Shown piece after piece: positions 8,555-17,871 of a stretch of 28,052 bases of DNA; position 1 is the first letter of the stretch, and each line of letters starts with the position of its first letter. The DNA lies in contig JAOZNE010000004.1 in the NCBI GenBank assembly GCA_029933955.1, positions 1-28,052 of the forward strand. Reading direction: 5' to 3'. The translations under genes were made by a program, and so were the position numbers. The stretch is from Phycisphaerae bacterium. Its GTDB lineage: Bacteria > Planctomycetota > Phycisphaerae > SM23-33. The notes under the pieces are model-generated. The model saw nothing but the letters and a program-made list of their open reading frames with translations, was not told where the DNA came from and did no database searches.

Positions 8555-11500
8555 GTTTCGCCCTCCTGGCTCATCTTCTCGATGTGTGTTTTGAGGAATG
8601 CTATTTGCCGTTGCAGTTCTTTTGTTTCCCTGGCTGCAGCGACGATGTCGTCTCGTTTGGCAGCTTCTTCCAGCTTGAGGGCGGCTGCGCGCGACCCGTT
8701 TGCCGAGACGTTGGCCATGGCGCCTTTTATGGTGTGGGCAGCGGTAGCCAGCAGCGTGCAATCTCTCGCTTCGATAGCTTGGTGCACCATATCCATCATT
8801 TCGTCGCACTGATCAGCTACCATGCCCAGCAATTCCTGAAGTATCTCCTCGTCGCCATCGAGCCTGTCCAACGCATCTGCGCGGTCGAAAATATCGCCAG
8901 GCTTTGGCGGGGCTGGCCCTGCCTCGACGACGCTGTCGTCACAGACAGCCTGGCTGGCCGCACCCTTGGCCTGGGCTGTGCCGAACTGGTCTATCATCCG
9001 TTGTATTTCCGCTGCCAGCAGGTCGCGGTTTATGGGCTTGGAGACATAGCCATCCATTCCGCCAGCGAGGCACCCCTCCTTGTCCCCAGCCATGGCATTG
9101 GCGGTCATAGCGACAATCGGTATATGTTGGCCCGTGGTTTCTTCCTGTTTGCGGATATGGGCGGTAGCTTCCATGCCACCCATTTCCGGCATTTGTATAT
9201 CCATAAGTATCAGGTCAAAACCATTCTCGTCGTCAGCCAGTGCGTCCAGAGCTTTTTGCCCATCGCCCACGATGGTAATGCTGTGGCCCATTTTCTCCAG
9301 CACCGCCCGGGCGAGTTTCTGGTTAATCGGGTTGTCCTCTGCCAGTAGCAGTCGGCACTTCGTTCCGGTGTATTCCACCTTCGCCGTTGCTTTTTCCATT
9401 TTTTTCTCCGGTACAGGTTTTATTACGTTAACGATACTGTCCAGAAGGACAGATTGATTGATAGGCTTCATGAGGAAGTCGTCGACAAGTTTTTTGTCAT
9501 CAGGCCCGGTCGCCTTCCATTGTGCCGCCGAGGCCAGGACTATGATGGCAGGCTGCTGAAAACTCTCAGCCCGAATGGCGCGGATAAGTTTGATTCCGCT
9601 GCTGCCTCGGACGCCGACATCAACGACAACCAGCGGGTACGGGTCGCCCTCGTCAGCCTGTTTTTGCATCTTTTCCAGCACCTGGCTCGGCCCGACAGCT
9701 TCGTCCGGTGTCAAGTCCCAGTTCGAGAGCATGTCGCAGAGAATATGTCTATGCGTATCGTTTCGGTCGGCTACGAGCACCTTCATATCCATCAGGCTGC
9801 CGGCAGCCTGGCTGGAGGCGTTTTGTGGCGACAGGGCTTGTCTTATCGGGCACTTTGCGGTGAAGTGGAACGTCGAACCTTCTCCCGTTTTGCTCTCGAC
9901 CCAGATTCGCCCGCCCATCATTTCGACGAGTTGCGCCGAGATAGGCAGCCCCAGCCCGGTCCCGCCGTATTGACGGGTAGTCGAGCCGTCCGCCTGCTCG
10001 AAGGCTTCGAAAATACTGTCGAGCTTTTGTTCGGGAATTCCGATGCCCGTATCGCTGACGGAGAAATGCAGACAGGCTATGTCGCCTTCGGTGGAGGTTT
10101 TTTCCACCCGGACGACTATCTCGCCAGCTTCGGTGAACTTGATAGCATTGCCGATGAGATTGATGATAATCTGCCTCAGCCTAAGCGGGTCGCCGCAGAT
10201 CATACTGGGCACGTCGGGACGGATGTGGCACATAAGCTCCAGCCCCTTGGAGTGCGTCCGTTCGCCGAGCAGCCGCACAGCGTCGTCCACGCACTGTTCG
10301 AGGTTGAAGTCGATATTGTCCAACGCCATTTTACCAGCTTCAATTTTCGAGAAGTCGAGTATGTCGTTGATAACCTCCAGCAGCGAGTCAGCTGACTGTT
10401 TGACTATCATGAGATACTCGCGCTGCTCGTCCGTCAGATCGGTGTCCAAGGCCAGGGCCGTCATACCAAGCACGCCATTCATGGGCGTGCGTATCTCATG
10501 GCTCATCTTGGCAAGGAAGTTGCTTTTGGCGACATTGGCACACTCTGCCTGGATAGCCATCTCTTTAGACTTGGCGGTGGACTCTTCCAGCTGCTTGTTC
10601 GCCGCGGCTAGTTGCTCGTTGGCAGCCTGGGCATCCTCGCGGGCTTCGACCAGGTTCGTAACGTCGATGAACGACTCGATGCCGCCGACGACCTGGCCCT
10701 CATCGTCATAAAGCAGATCGGAGTTTTTGATAATCGCCAGCCTCCTGCCGTCAGCTGCGCACATGGCGCACTGCCGCTTCTGCACAGGCCCGTCGCTGTC
10801 GCTGCTGAAAAGCCCGCAATGCTTCAGGCAGTCTTTCAATGCCAGGGCAGAGCATTGCTTGCCGAGGATGTCATCCCGCTTAAAGCCTGTGATTCGACAG
10901 AACTCGTCGTTGACGGATGTGATTTTCCGTTTGCGATTGACGGTGAATATAGCCGTAGCCGCGGTGCTGAGGAGCTTTTGGGACAGCTCGTTTGACCTTC
11001 TAAGTTCGTCGGTTTGTTGAGACAGCTCGCGGGTCGTTTTCTCTGCCTGTTGTTTTGCCTGGACAAGTTCCGTAACGTTCACGACATTCAGCAGCACGCC
11101 GTCGTATTGTCCGTCCCGATAGATAGGCTGAATGCGGAACATAGCCTCAGCCTGACCCATGCTGTGTTCGAGCACAATCGCCTTGCAGTCAGCCTGGCTA
11201 CGGAACCTGGCAAGTATCTGCTCGATGTCGATGGGGATATCGCCCTGCAATTCGGTTATATTTCCGCCAAGCAGGTCTATCTGCGAGAGGCCTATCATTC
11301 GGCAGAAGTACTCGTTCGCCTCGACGATAATGTCGTCCACGTCGGCGAAAACCACGCCCTCTTCCATGCCCGCTATCATCGAGGACAGCCTGCTGTGCTG
11401 TTTGTGGGCAAGTTCCATCGCAGCTTTGCGGTCGCTTATGTCTCGGGCGAAACAACATATCCGTTCCTCGCCATCGAGTTCGAGATAGTTGATTTGAATC

Positions 11501-12426
11501 TCAGCCGGGAAGGTGCTGCCGTCCTTTCGGCGGAGGCGCATCTCGCGAACATGAGAGGCGCTGCGTTTGAATTCTTCCCAGTGTTGCGTCCAATTTTCCC
11601 GTGAGCAGGACAGGTCTACCTGCCCGTAGTGCATCTCCTTGAGTTGCGTTTCGCTAAACCCGAGCTTCTGACAGGCAGAATCGTTGACGTAGGTAATTCG
11701 TCCGGTCTGGTCGGCCCAGAATATCGCGTCACCCGCCCGCTCGACGGCAAAACTAAGCCTGCGGAGGTGTCCCTCTGCCAGCTTTCGCTCGGTGATATCC
11801 CGAGCCATGGTAACCACAAGAGTTCGCCCGCCGGACTCCATCGACCGCAACGACAGCTCGACGGGGAATTGCGAACCGTCCTTGCGACGGTGGATGGTCT
11901 CGATGACAGCTACCTGGTCGCGACCCTGTAGTAGCCTGTCGTACTGGGCTTCCAACCTCTCAGCGGTATATCCTGGCCTGATATCGCAAGGCCCCATCTG
12001 CAACAGCTCCTCGCGCGAGTAGCCCAGCGAATAGCCAATCGAGTCGCAAGCTGTTTCGTTCATCTCCACAAACTTCATGGATTTTCGATCCACCAGAAAA
12101 ATAGCGTCGGCGGAATAATCCAGCGCGGTCTGAAGCCTCTTGCTTTCCTCGTCCGCCCGCTTGCGACCTTCGATTTCCGCCTTCAGCCTGCGGTCGACCC
12201 TGCCAAGAAACGCGTACAACCCCGCGATCATGCAACAACCAAACAGCAAACTTGCACCCATCGCAGCAGCCAGGCCCCAATGCGAAGCCTCCACCGAAAC
12301 AAGCCCCAAGCTCAACATCGCCGCCATCAGCGGCCCTATTATTTTCCTTCGCACAGAAGTCGTTTGTTCTCGCTCATTGTCCTGCTGCTGTCCCCCAGCC
12401 GTATTTGTCAGTAATTGACTTGTCAT
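8539..12426 (-). CDS. Hybrid sensor histidine kinase (TM, 4 PAS, HisKA, HATPase, 2 REC, Hpt)
   Basis: H-box FLAKMSHEIRTPMNG, N-box QIIINLIGNAIKFT, DTGIGI, GGTGLGL, second REC AEDNPINQ...MDIQMP, Hpt AHTIKGA; PAS ends ARDITERK and ARDISDRK. Confidence 0.95.
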   Translation of the reverse strand: MTSQLLTNTAGGQQQDNEREQTTSVRRKIIGPLMAAMLSLGLVSVEASHWGLAAAMGASLLFGCCMIAGLYAFLGRVDRRLKAEIEGRKRADEESKRLQTALDYSADAIFLVDRKSMKFVEMNETACDSIGYSLGYSREELLQMGPCDIRPGYTAERLEAQYDRLLQGRDQVAVIETIHRRKDGSQFPVELSLRSMESGGRTLVVTMARDITERKLAEGHLRRLSFAVERAGDAIFWADQTGRITYVNDSACQKLGFSETQLKEMHYGQVDLSCSRENWTQHWEEFKRSASHVREMRLRRKDGSTFPAEIQINYLELDGEERICCFARDISDRKAAMELAHKQHSRLSSMIAGMEEGVVFADVDDIIVEANEYFCRMIGLSQIDLLGGNITELQGDIPIDIEQILARFRSQADCKAIVLEHSMGQAEAMFRIQPIYRDGQYDGVLLNVVNVTELVQAKQQAEKTTRELSQQTDELRRSNELSQKLLSTAATAIFTVNRKRKITSVNDEFCRITGFKRDDILGKQCSALALKDCLKHCGLFSSDSDGPVQKRQCAMCAADGRRLAIIKNSDLLYDDEGQVVGGIESFIDVTNLVEAREDAQAANEQLAAANKQLEESTAKSKEMAIQAECANVAKSNFLAKMSHEIRTPMNGVLGMTALALDTDLTDEQREYLMIVKQSADSLLEVINDILDFSKIEAGKMALDNIDFNLEQCVDDAVRLLGERTHSKGLELMCHIRPDVPSMICGDPLRLRQIIINLIGNAIKFTEAGEIVVRVEKTSTEGDIACLHFSVSDTGIGIPEQKLDSIFEAFEQADGSTTRQYGGTGLGLPISAQLVEMMGGRIWVESKTGEGSTFHFTAKCPIRQALSPQNASSQAAGSLMDMKVLVADRNDTHRHILCDMLSNWDLTPDEAVGPSQVLEKMQKQADEGDPYPLVVVDVGVRGSSGIKLIRAIRAESFQQPAIIVLASAAQWKATGPDDKKLVDDFLMKPINQSVLLDSIVNVIKPVPEKKMEKATAKVEYTGTKCRLLLAEDNPINQKLARAVLEKMGHSITIVGDGQKALDALADDENGFDLILMDIQMPEMGGMEATAHIRKQEETTGQHIPIVAMTANAMAGDKEGCLAGGMDGYVSKPINRDLLAAEIQRMIDQFGTAQAKGAASQAVCDDSVVEAGPAPPKPGDIFDRADALDRLDGDEEILQELLGMVADQCDEMMDMVHQAIEARDCTLLATAAHTIKGAMANVSANGSRAAALKLEEAAKRDDIVAAARETKELQRQIAFLKTHIEKMSQEGETCESL

Positions 12427-12637
12427 CTACTACATCTCTCCATCTACGAGTCCAGTTTTTTGGCGTTTTTTAACGCACAGGCCACCGCCTGGCTGAAACG
12501 ATCAGCCAACACCGGGGTACAGAGCTACACAAACTCCAATCCGTCCCTACCAAGGGGACACACATCTAATCGGTATCCCAGCGGGGAAACTTTTCTAACT
12601 TCTTGCCATAAAAATCATTTTTTCATATCCTGCTGAA

Positions 12638-13111
12638 ATGACGCGTATAGGACTAGGCTTCGATTCGCACCATTTCGTCCCGGGCAGGGCGTTGGTGCTG
12701 GGCGGTGTGAAGGCGGAACACTCCGCGGGCCTGGGGGCCCACAGCGATGGCGACGTGGTGCTCCACGCCCTGGCTGACGCTATTTTCGGCGCGCTCGCAG
12801 CTGGGGATATCGGCGAGCATTTTCCCGATACCGACCCGCAATGGGCAGGAGCTGACAGCAGCATCTTCGTCGCTCGGGCGCTCGAGCTGGCAAGCGAGGC
12901 TGGGTATACGGTGGGCAACTGCGACATAACCATCCTGGCTGAGGCTCCGAAGCTCGGGCCTGTGAAATCAGCCCTGGCTTGCAATATCGCCAAGCTGTTG
13001 GAAGTCCCCGCCAGCGACGTCTCCGTCAAGGCCAAAACCGCCGAGGGCATGGGACTGATAGGACGCAACGAAGGCATCGCCTGCTACGCGATAGTTTTAC
13101 TGGGCAAGTAG
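12638..13111 (+). CDS. ispF: 2-C-methyl-D-erythritol 2,4-cyclodiphosphate synthase
   Basis: RIGLGFDSH, HSDGDVVLHALADA, GDIGEHFPDTD, VSVKAKTAEGMG. Confidence 0.97.
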   Translation: MTRIGLGFDSHHFVPGRALVLGGVKAEHSAGLGAHSDGDVVLHALADAIFGALAAGDIGEHFPDTDPQWAGADSSIFVARALELASEAGYTVGNCDITILAEAPKLGPVKSALACNIAKLLEVPASDVSVKAKTAEGMGLIGRNEGIACYAIVLLGK

Positions 13112-13119
13112 GGGGGGTG

Positions 13120-14775
13120 TCAGATATTTTCTCTCGCGTCGGAGATTTCGCGAAGTTTTTCCAGGGCTTGGATCTCTATCTGCCGGACGCGCTCCTTGGA
13201 TATCCCCAGCCTCTTGCCTAGCTGATCGAAAGTTTTGGTGCGCCCCGCTTCGTCCAGGCCGTAATGCTCGGTCAGAATCGTCCGCTCTCGCGGGGTGAGG
13301 TGCTGCATCAGCACGTCGATGGTTTCGCGCATCTCGGCGGAGTTGTTTTCCCGCGGGTCGTAGCTTCTAAGCCCAGCTGCGATATCGAGTATCTCCTCGT
13401 TGCCCGTGGCGAAACGGTCGAGACGATATCGCTCTTTGGGCACCGATCGGGCGAAGTTTCGCATAATAGCCCACGATGCGTATGTACTAAAGCGAAAGCC
13501 TCGCGCGAAATCGAACTTTTCCACCGCCCGCATAAGCGAGATATTCCCGTCGCTGATAAGTTCGAAGAGGTTCAGTGGGCCTCGGAGGTGCCTCTTGGCG
13601 ATGGAAACGACCAGGCGGAGATTCGCCCGGACGATGTGGTTCTTGAGGACGTTGGCCTGGAGCAGAAGCGACTCGACCTCTTTGACCTGCTTGGCCAGGG
13701 CGTGCTTGGGGTCGATTTGCTTGCGACACTTGTCAGCTTTGAACTTGAGAAAATTGTATTGGCAAAACAGCTGATATTCCTGCTTGGCCGACAGCAGCGG
13801 CACGTCGTAGAGCGTTTTGAGATATGGCGGGAGATCAGCGGGAGCTTTGACCTTTTTCGTCGCATCAGCCTGGGCTTCGTTATCCTCAGCGAAGATACTC
13901 TTCTCGGCGTTGGGCGACTCGAAACATTCGTTGTAGACAAACGATACGGGCTGTTCCAACAGCTGATGTGCCCGCATCTCGTTTACGATGCGATAAATGC
14001 TGCCGCGTGTGCGACGATATCGCTGAGCGAGCTTGCCCACAGACTCACCCCGCAGAAAGCTGCGATAAATCAGCCTTTTTTCCTGGCCACCGACTGAGCT
14101 GAGCAGGTGTGGGAAGATAGCTTTGTCCGGGAACTCCGTGTCGTGCTTGCGGATGGTGTATCGTATGGTTTCGACAGCCCGGCCCGTTCGCCGGGCTAGT
14201 CTGCGGGCGATTTCGATCAGGGTGCAGTTGGCAAAAGTAGCCATGCGTCTGGCCCGGGTGATGATTTTGTCTCGCTCAGCCTGGGAGAGTTGCGAGAACT
14301 TCATCGACCGCTGTACGTCGGCGAGGTGGTCGTGCAGGAACCACTCGACGGAGCTGTCGAGAAAGCCTATGCGTCGTTTGCCGTCGGGGAAAATCAGTCG
14401 CCGGGCGGGCAGGCCCCGCAGCCTCCAGCGCTGGATGGTTTTGGTGGACACATCGAACCGCCGGGCCATCGCAGCCGTGTCGTAGACCTTCTCGCTGTAG
14501 TCGCTCGTGTGCAGCTCGAAGCTGTCGGAGACGTCGAGCATAAGCACCAGCAGGTCATTTCGCAGCCCCTTGCCGTCGAATACCCGCTTGGTCCGGGCTT
14601 GTGGCCGATAACCGGTCAGCCGAAAAACCACAAACTCGTAGGGATACGCCTGATCTGGGTTAGTCAGTTGCAGCAAGTCCTCCGCTGCGTCGAGAAACCC
14701 CTTCCGCAACCTGGGCAGGCTTGAACACAACTCGCCGGAAAGTTCGGCAATAGCTTTGTTTTTATACTTTCGCAT
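13120..14775 (-). CDS. Sigma-70 family RNA polymerase sigma factor with long N-terminal HTH-containing extension
   Basis: Region 2 NLRLVVSIAK...AVEKFD...FRFSTYASWAI; region 4 LGISKERVRQIE; about 300 extra N-terminal residues. Confidence 0.9.
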   Translation of the reverse strand: MRKYKNKAIAELSGELCSSLPRLRKGFLDAAEDLLQLTNPDQAYPYEFVVFRLTGYRPQARTKRVFDGKGLRNDLLVLMLDVSDSFELHTSDYSEKVYDTAAMARRFDVSTKTIQRWRLRGLPARRLIFPDGKRRIGFLDSSVEWFLHDHLADVQRSMKFSQLSQAERDKIITRARRMATFANCTLIEIARRLARRTGRAVETIRYTIRKHDTEFPDKAIFPHLLSSVGGQEKRLIYRSFLRGESVGKLAQRYRRTRGSIYRIVNEMRAHQLLEQPVSFVYNECFESPNAEKSIFAEDNEAQADATKKVKAPADLPPYLKTLYDVPLLSAKQEYQLFCQYNFLKFKADKCRKQIDPKHALAKQVKEVESLLLQANVLKNHIVRANLRLVVSIAKRHLRGPLNLFELISDGNISLMRAVEKFDFARGFRFSTYASWAIMRNFARSVPKERYRLDRFATGNEEILDIAAGLRSYDPRENNSAEMRETIDVLMQHLTPRERTILTEHYGLDEAGRTKTFDQLGKRLGISKERVRQIEIQALEKLREISDARENI

Positions 14776-14788
14776 CGCCTGGGTTTGC

Positions 14789-16492
14789 TTAGAAGAGTTT
14801 TTTCAAGACCCCGTTTTTTTTCGGGTGGGTCGGCTTGGCTGGCGCTTTGGGTGCCGTTGATTTGGCTGGTTTTTTGGGTGCTGTTAATTTTGCCGGCGGT
14901 GCTGGCGATGCCGGTTTTTCCGTTTTCATTCCGGTTAGTTTTTTTAGCCCGGCTATCGATTGCTTCTGCTCGGCTTGTCTTGCCTGGCGCTCAATTTGCC
15001 CGACGAGTTCGCGAGCCTTGCTCAGCATTGCCTGGGCCTGGTCAGGCTGACCTGCTGCATCGAGCGACTGGGAATAGCGGACATACGCACCTACGAGGTC
15101 TCGCTGATAATACCACCGTCGGGCTGGTGGGCTGGCCTGGCTGGCTTGGGTTCGCAAAGTCAAAGCTGCCTTGCTCTGGGCCAGGGCGTCCTGTGCGCTG
15201 CTGGCGGTGCGGTCGAGAAAATCCTTCAAAGACTTATCGACAGGCTCCGCAGGCCTGGCCGCGTGAAGCTGGCCCCACAGAGCCTCAGCTTGCTTGACAA
15301 ACCTGTCGACTCGGCGGTTCATGTCCCACAAGGTCATCTCCATAGCTGAAGCCAGGGCCTTGGACTCGCCATTGATAGAGAGAATCGTCGCCTGCTTGTT
15401 CGACCCCAGCCGACCGGCCTGGCTTAGCTCTTCCCCAGCGGAGCTCCATGCCCTCCGGGCCTGACCCGCCAGGTCAAGAGCTTCGCTGCACGCACGACCA
15501 GCCTGGGCCTGGGCCTCGCTGGCCAGCTTCCACAACGCAGCTACCTCCCCAGCCTGGACGCGGAGAAACTCCGCATCGCGCGAGGCTGTGAACTTGCAAT
15601 TTTTACGATTGGCTGCGATCTGCGAGAGCTTATGATCAGCTTGACTTAGCTGATAGTCGCAATAATCCCCCTGCCCTTTGAGCCCCCGAACCTGGTCTTG
15701 AATCTTCGCGATTTTCACTCTGTCCGTGCGAATGCCTTCCTCGATTTTCAATGCGGCGTCGAGTTTTGCCAAGCTGGCTTCGCCGGTCGACAACGAACTG
15801 TCCTTTCGCAACGAACTGGCCTGGGCACCATCAGCTTCTATCGTTTTGTTCAACTTGGCGATGGTAGCCTGGCGGGCTGCGATGTCCCTCGCCAACCTGG
15901 TTTTCTCCGCGGAAATGGTAGCTTTGTTCTTCTCAATCGCCTGGGCTTGGGCATCGAGGTCTTTCAGGGTTTGCCTGGCGTTGCGAACTCGCAAATCGAA
16001 AGCCTGGACGAAGCTGTTCCCTCGCTGGGCCTGGTCCAACTGTTCCTTCGCTTTATTCAGCGACGCAGCCGCCCGTCGCAAAGCCATCCTGGCAGAGTTT
16101 GCATAACATTGGCCTTGCAGGTTCCGCACCTCGCCGAGTGTCATCTTGGCCAGGGCCACGTCAGCATGTGGGACAGCGTTGTCGGGTCGGCCTTGATAAT
16201 TTTCCTTCAGCGCCGTCGTCAGCACAGCCTCTGCTTGACTTAGCAATTTGAGAATAGCTGGGTCCAGCGATTTGTCCTCGCCGGGCAAAGGCTTCCCGTC
16301 AGTGGCCAACTGGGCCTGGCCGAGCAAGCTATTAGCCTGGGCGTAAAGCGCGGTCGCCTGCGCGGTAGCCTTTTGGATATTTCGCCCAGCCGCTCGCTTG
16401 GTAGCGTCCCAGCAGCCCATCAACGAAAGGATGCCAACAAAGCAAAGCAGAGTCCCCATTGTAACCCCAATATGTTTTTTTTTATTTCGCAC
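14789..16492 (-). CDS. Hypothetical coiled-coil lipoprotein with Pro/Lys/Ala-rich tail
   Basis: GTG at 16492 with GGAG 9 nt upstream gives MRNKKKHIGVTMGTLLCFVGILSLMG|C (lipobox); Ala/Gln/Lys-rich helical body. Confidence 0.7.
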   Translation of the reverse strand: MRNKKKHIGVTMGTLLCFVGILSLMGCWDATKRAAGRNIQKATAQATALYAQANSLLGQAQLATDGKPLPGEDKSLDPAILKLLSQAEAVLTTALKENYQGRPDNAVPHADVALAKMTLGEVRNLQGQCYANSARMALRRAAASLNKAKEQLDQAQRGNSFVQAFDLRVRNARQTLKDLDAQAQAIEKNKATISAEKTRLARDIAARQATIAKLNKTIEADGAQASSLRKDSSLSTGEASLAKLDAALKIEEGIRTDRVKIAKIQDQVRGLKGQGDYCDYQLSQADHKLSQIAANRKNCKFTASRDAEFLRVQAGEVAALWKLASEAQAQAGRACSEALDLAGQARRAWSSAGEELSQAGRLGSNKQATILSINGESKALASAMEMTLWDMNRRVDRFVKQAEALWGQLHAARPAEPVDKSLKDFLDRTASSAQDALAQSKAALTLRTQASQASPPARRWYYQRDLVGAYVRYSQSLDAAGQPDQAQAMLSKARELVGQIERQARQAEQKQSIAGLKKLTGMKTEKPASPAPPAKLTAPKKPAKSTAPKAPAKPTHPKKNGVLKKLF

Positions 16493-16615
16493 GTTCGTTC
16501 TCCAAATTTTCGCCATAGGCCGACAGGGACAGGGGCGCAAAGCGACCCGAACATTTTTATGGCATTTTTGTATCACACGCCAAGTGAGTTTTCAAGATGA
16601 TTGTCGGACGAGAGG

Positions 16616-16662
16616 TTTTCGATTTCGGATTAAGCCCAATCCAAAATCCACAATCCGAAATC
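16616..16662. repeat. AATCCGAAATC-family imperfect inverted repeat
   Basis: TTTTCGATTTCGGATT faces CAATCCAAAATCCACAATCCGAAATC. Confidence 0.65.
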
Positions 16663-16707
16663 AAATCTTGCACACGAGCTTACTGTTCCGCCAAAAAACT
16701 CCGTTTG

Positions 16708-17871
16708 TTACCGCTGGCTGTATGCTGTGCCTTTCCAGGTGATTTTCGCACCTGGGATGTGTTTGAGCATGGCTTGGAAAATCGTCCATGCCGTCAGCAA
16801 AACTCCGAGGGGGTATGTCCAGAACAATTCCCACCGCACGCGGATCAGCCTGTAAAACCCGGCCATGAGGGTCAGCTGCAGTACCACCGTCGCTACGCCC
16901 AGATAGCCACAGACCCGCCAGAGGTTGTCGCCCTCGCCCAGCGACAGGCCCATCGCAGCTGCGAGATACGGAAACAGGCCTACCATTAAAATCAGAGTCA
17001 GCGAGATTGTCAGCCTGGTAAGGCTCGGAAACGAGCCGAAGAAAATCCGCGTCCAGCCCTGTATCGTCTGGGCGAAGGTGGTGTACATGCGGACGCTGTA
17101 AAGTCCGTTGCTGCGGGCGACGCTCAGGCCCAGCTGTCGTTGTTTGACCAGCCCGGCGATGGCCATGTCTTCCTGCATGACGTCTCGCAGGGCCTCGTGG
17201 CCTCCGATGGCGTCGTACACGTCCCGCCGAAACAGCATAAACGCGCCGTTCGCATAGGCGTGAGGCTTGCGGGGGTTGTTGACTTTTTTCGGGTCGAACC
17301 AGACCATCAGTATCCCGCTGCCGACGGGCTGAACGACGTTCTCCCAAAACCCCTTCATTTCCAGGTTCGGCAACAGGCACAACAGCCCAGCCTGGCGGTC
17401 AGCCATCAGCTGCATCGCCACAGAGAGGCTCCGCGGCGAGAGCTGTTTGCAGTCCGCGTCGATGCACAACAAATACTCGCCCGTCGCCAATTGCGACGCC
17501 AGGTGCATCGCGTGGTTCTTGCCCTTCCAGCCCGGGGGCAGCTCAGCGACGTCTATCGCGCGGATGCGCGAATCCTCCGCAGCGAATTTGTGGATTATCT
17601 CGCCGGTAGCGTCGTCGCTGCGGTCGTTGCAGACGATAATTTCCAGGTTCGGATAGTCCTGCATAAGCAGGCTTTCGATGCACGGAGCGATATTGGCCTG
17701 CTCGTCCTTGGCGGCAATGAGCACGCTGATTTTCCCAATCTCGCCAGCTGGACATGGATAGTCCTCGGTAAGCTCAAAACCATTTCGCCGCTCAAGCTCC
17801 AGCTGAATGTGTCGCGACACCCAAATCAGCGTAACAAGCCCAGCCAATATCGTCATAACAATAGCCATCAT
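16708..17871 (-). CDS. Membrane-anchored family 2 glycosyltransferase (CrtQ/HpnB-like)
   Basis: N-terminal TM, ISVLIAAKDE, NDRSDD, GWKGK, IDAD (DxD), ANGAFMLF, EDMA, C-terminal TMs. Confidence 0.88.
   Translation of the reverse strand: MMAIVMTILAGLVTLIWVSRHIQLELERRNGFELTEDYPCPAGEIGKISVLIAAKDEQANIAPCIESLLMQDYPNLEIIVCNDRSDDATGEIIHKFAAEDSRIRAIDVAELPPGWKGKNHAMHLASQLATGEYLLCIDADCKQLSPRSLSVAMQLMADRQAGLLCLLPNLEMKGFWENVVQPVGSGILMVWFDPKKVNNPRKPHAYANGAFMLFRRDVYDAIGGHEALRDVMQEDMAIAGLVKQRQLGLSVARSNGLYSVRMYTTFAQTIQGWTRIFFGSFPSLTRLTISLTLILMVGLFPYLAAAMGLSLGEGDNLWRVCGYLGVATVVLQLTLMAGFYRLIRVRWELFWTYPLGVLLTAWTIFQAMLKHIPGAKITWKGTAYSQR

Noticed and set aside
8555-8809. N-terminal extension of the diguanylate cyclase in the ORF track
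   Set aside because: It overlaps the kinase Hpt domain in another frame; the receiver domain starts cleanly at 8554.
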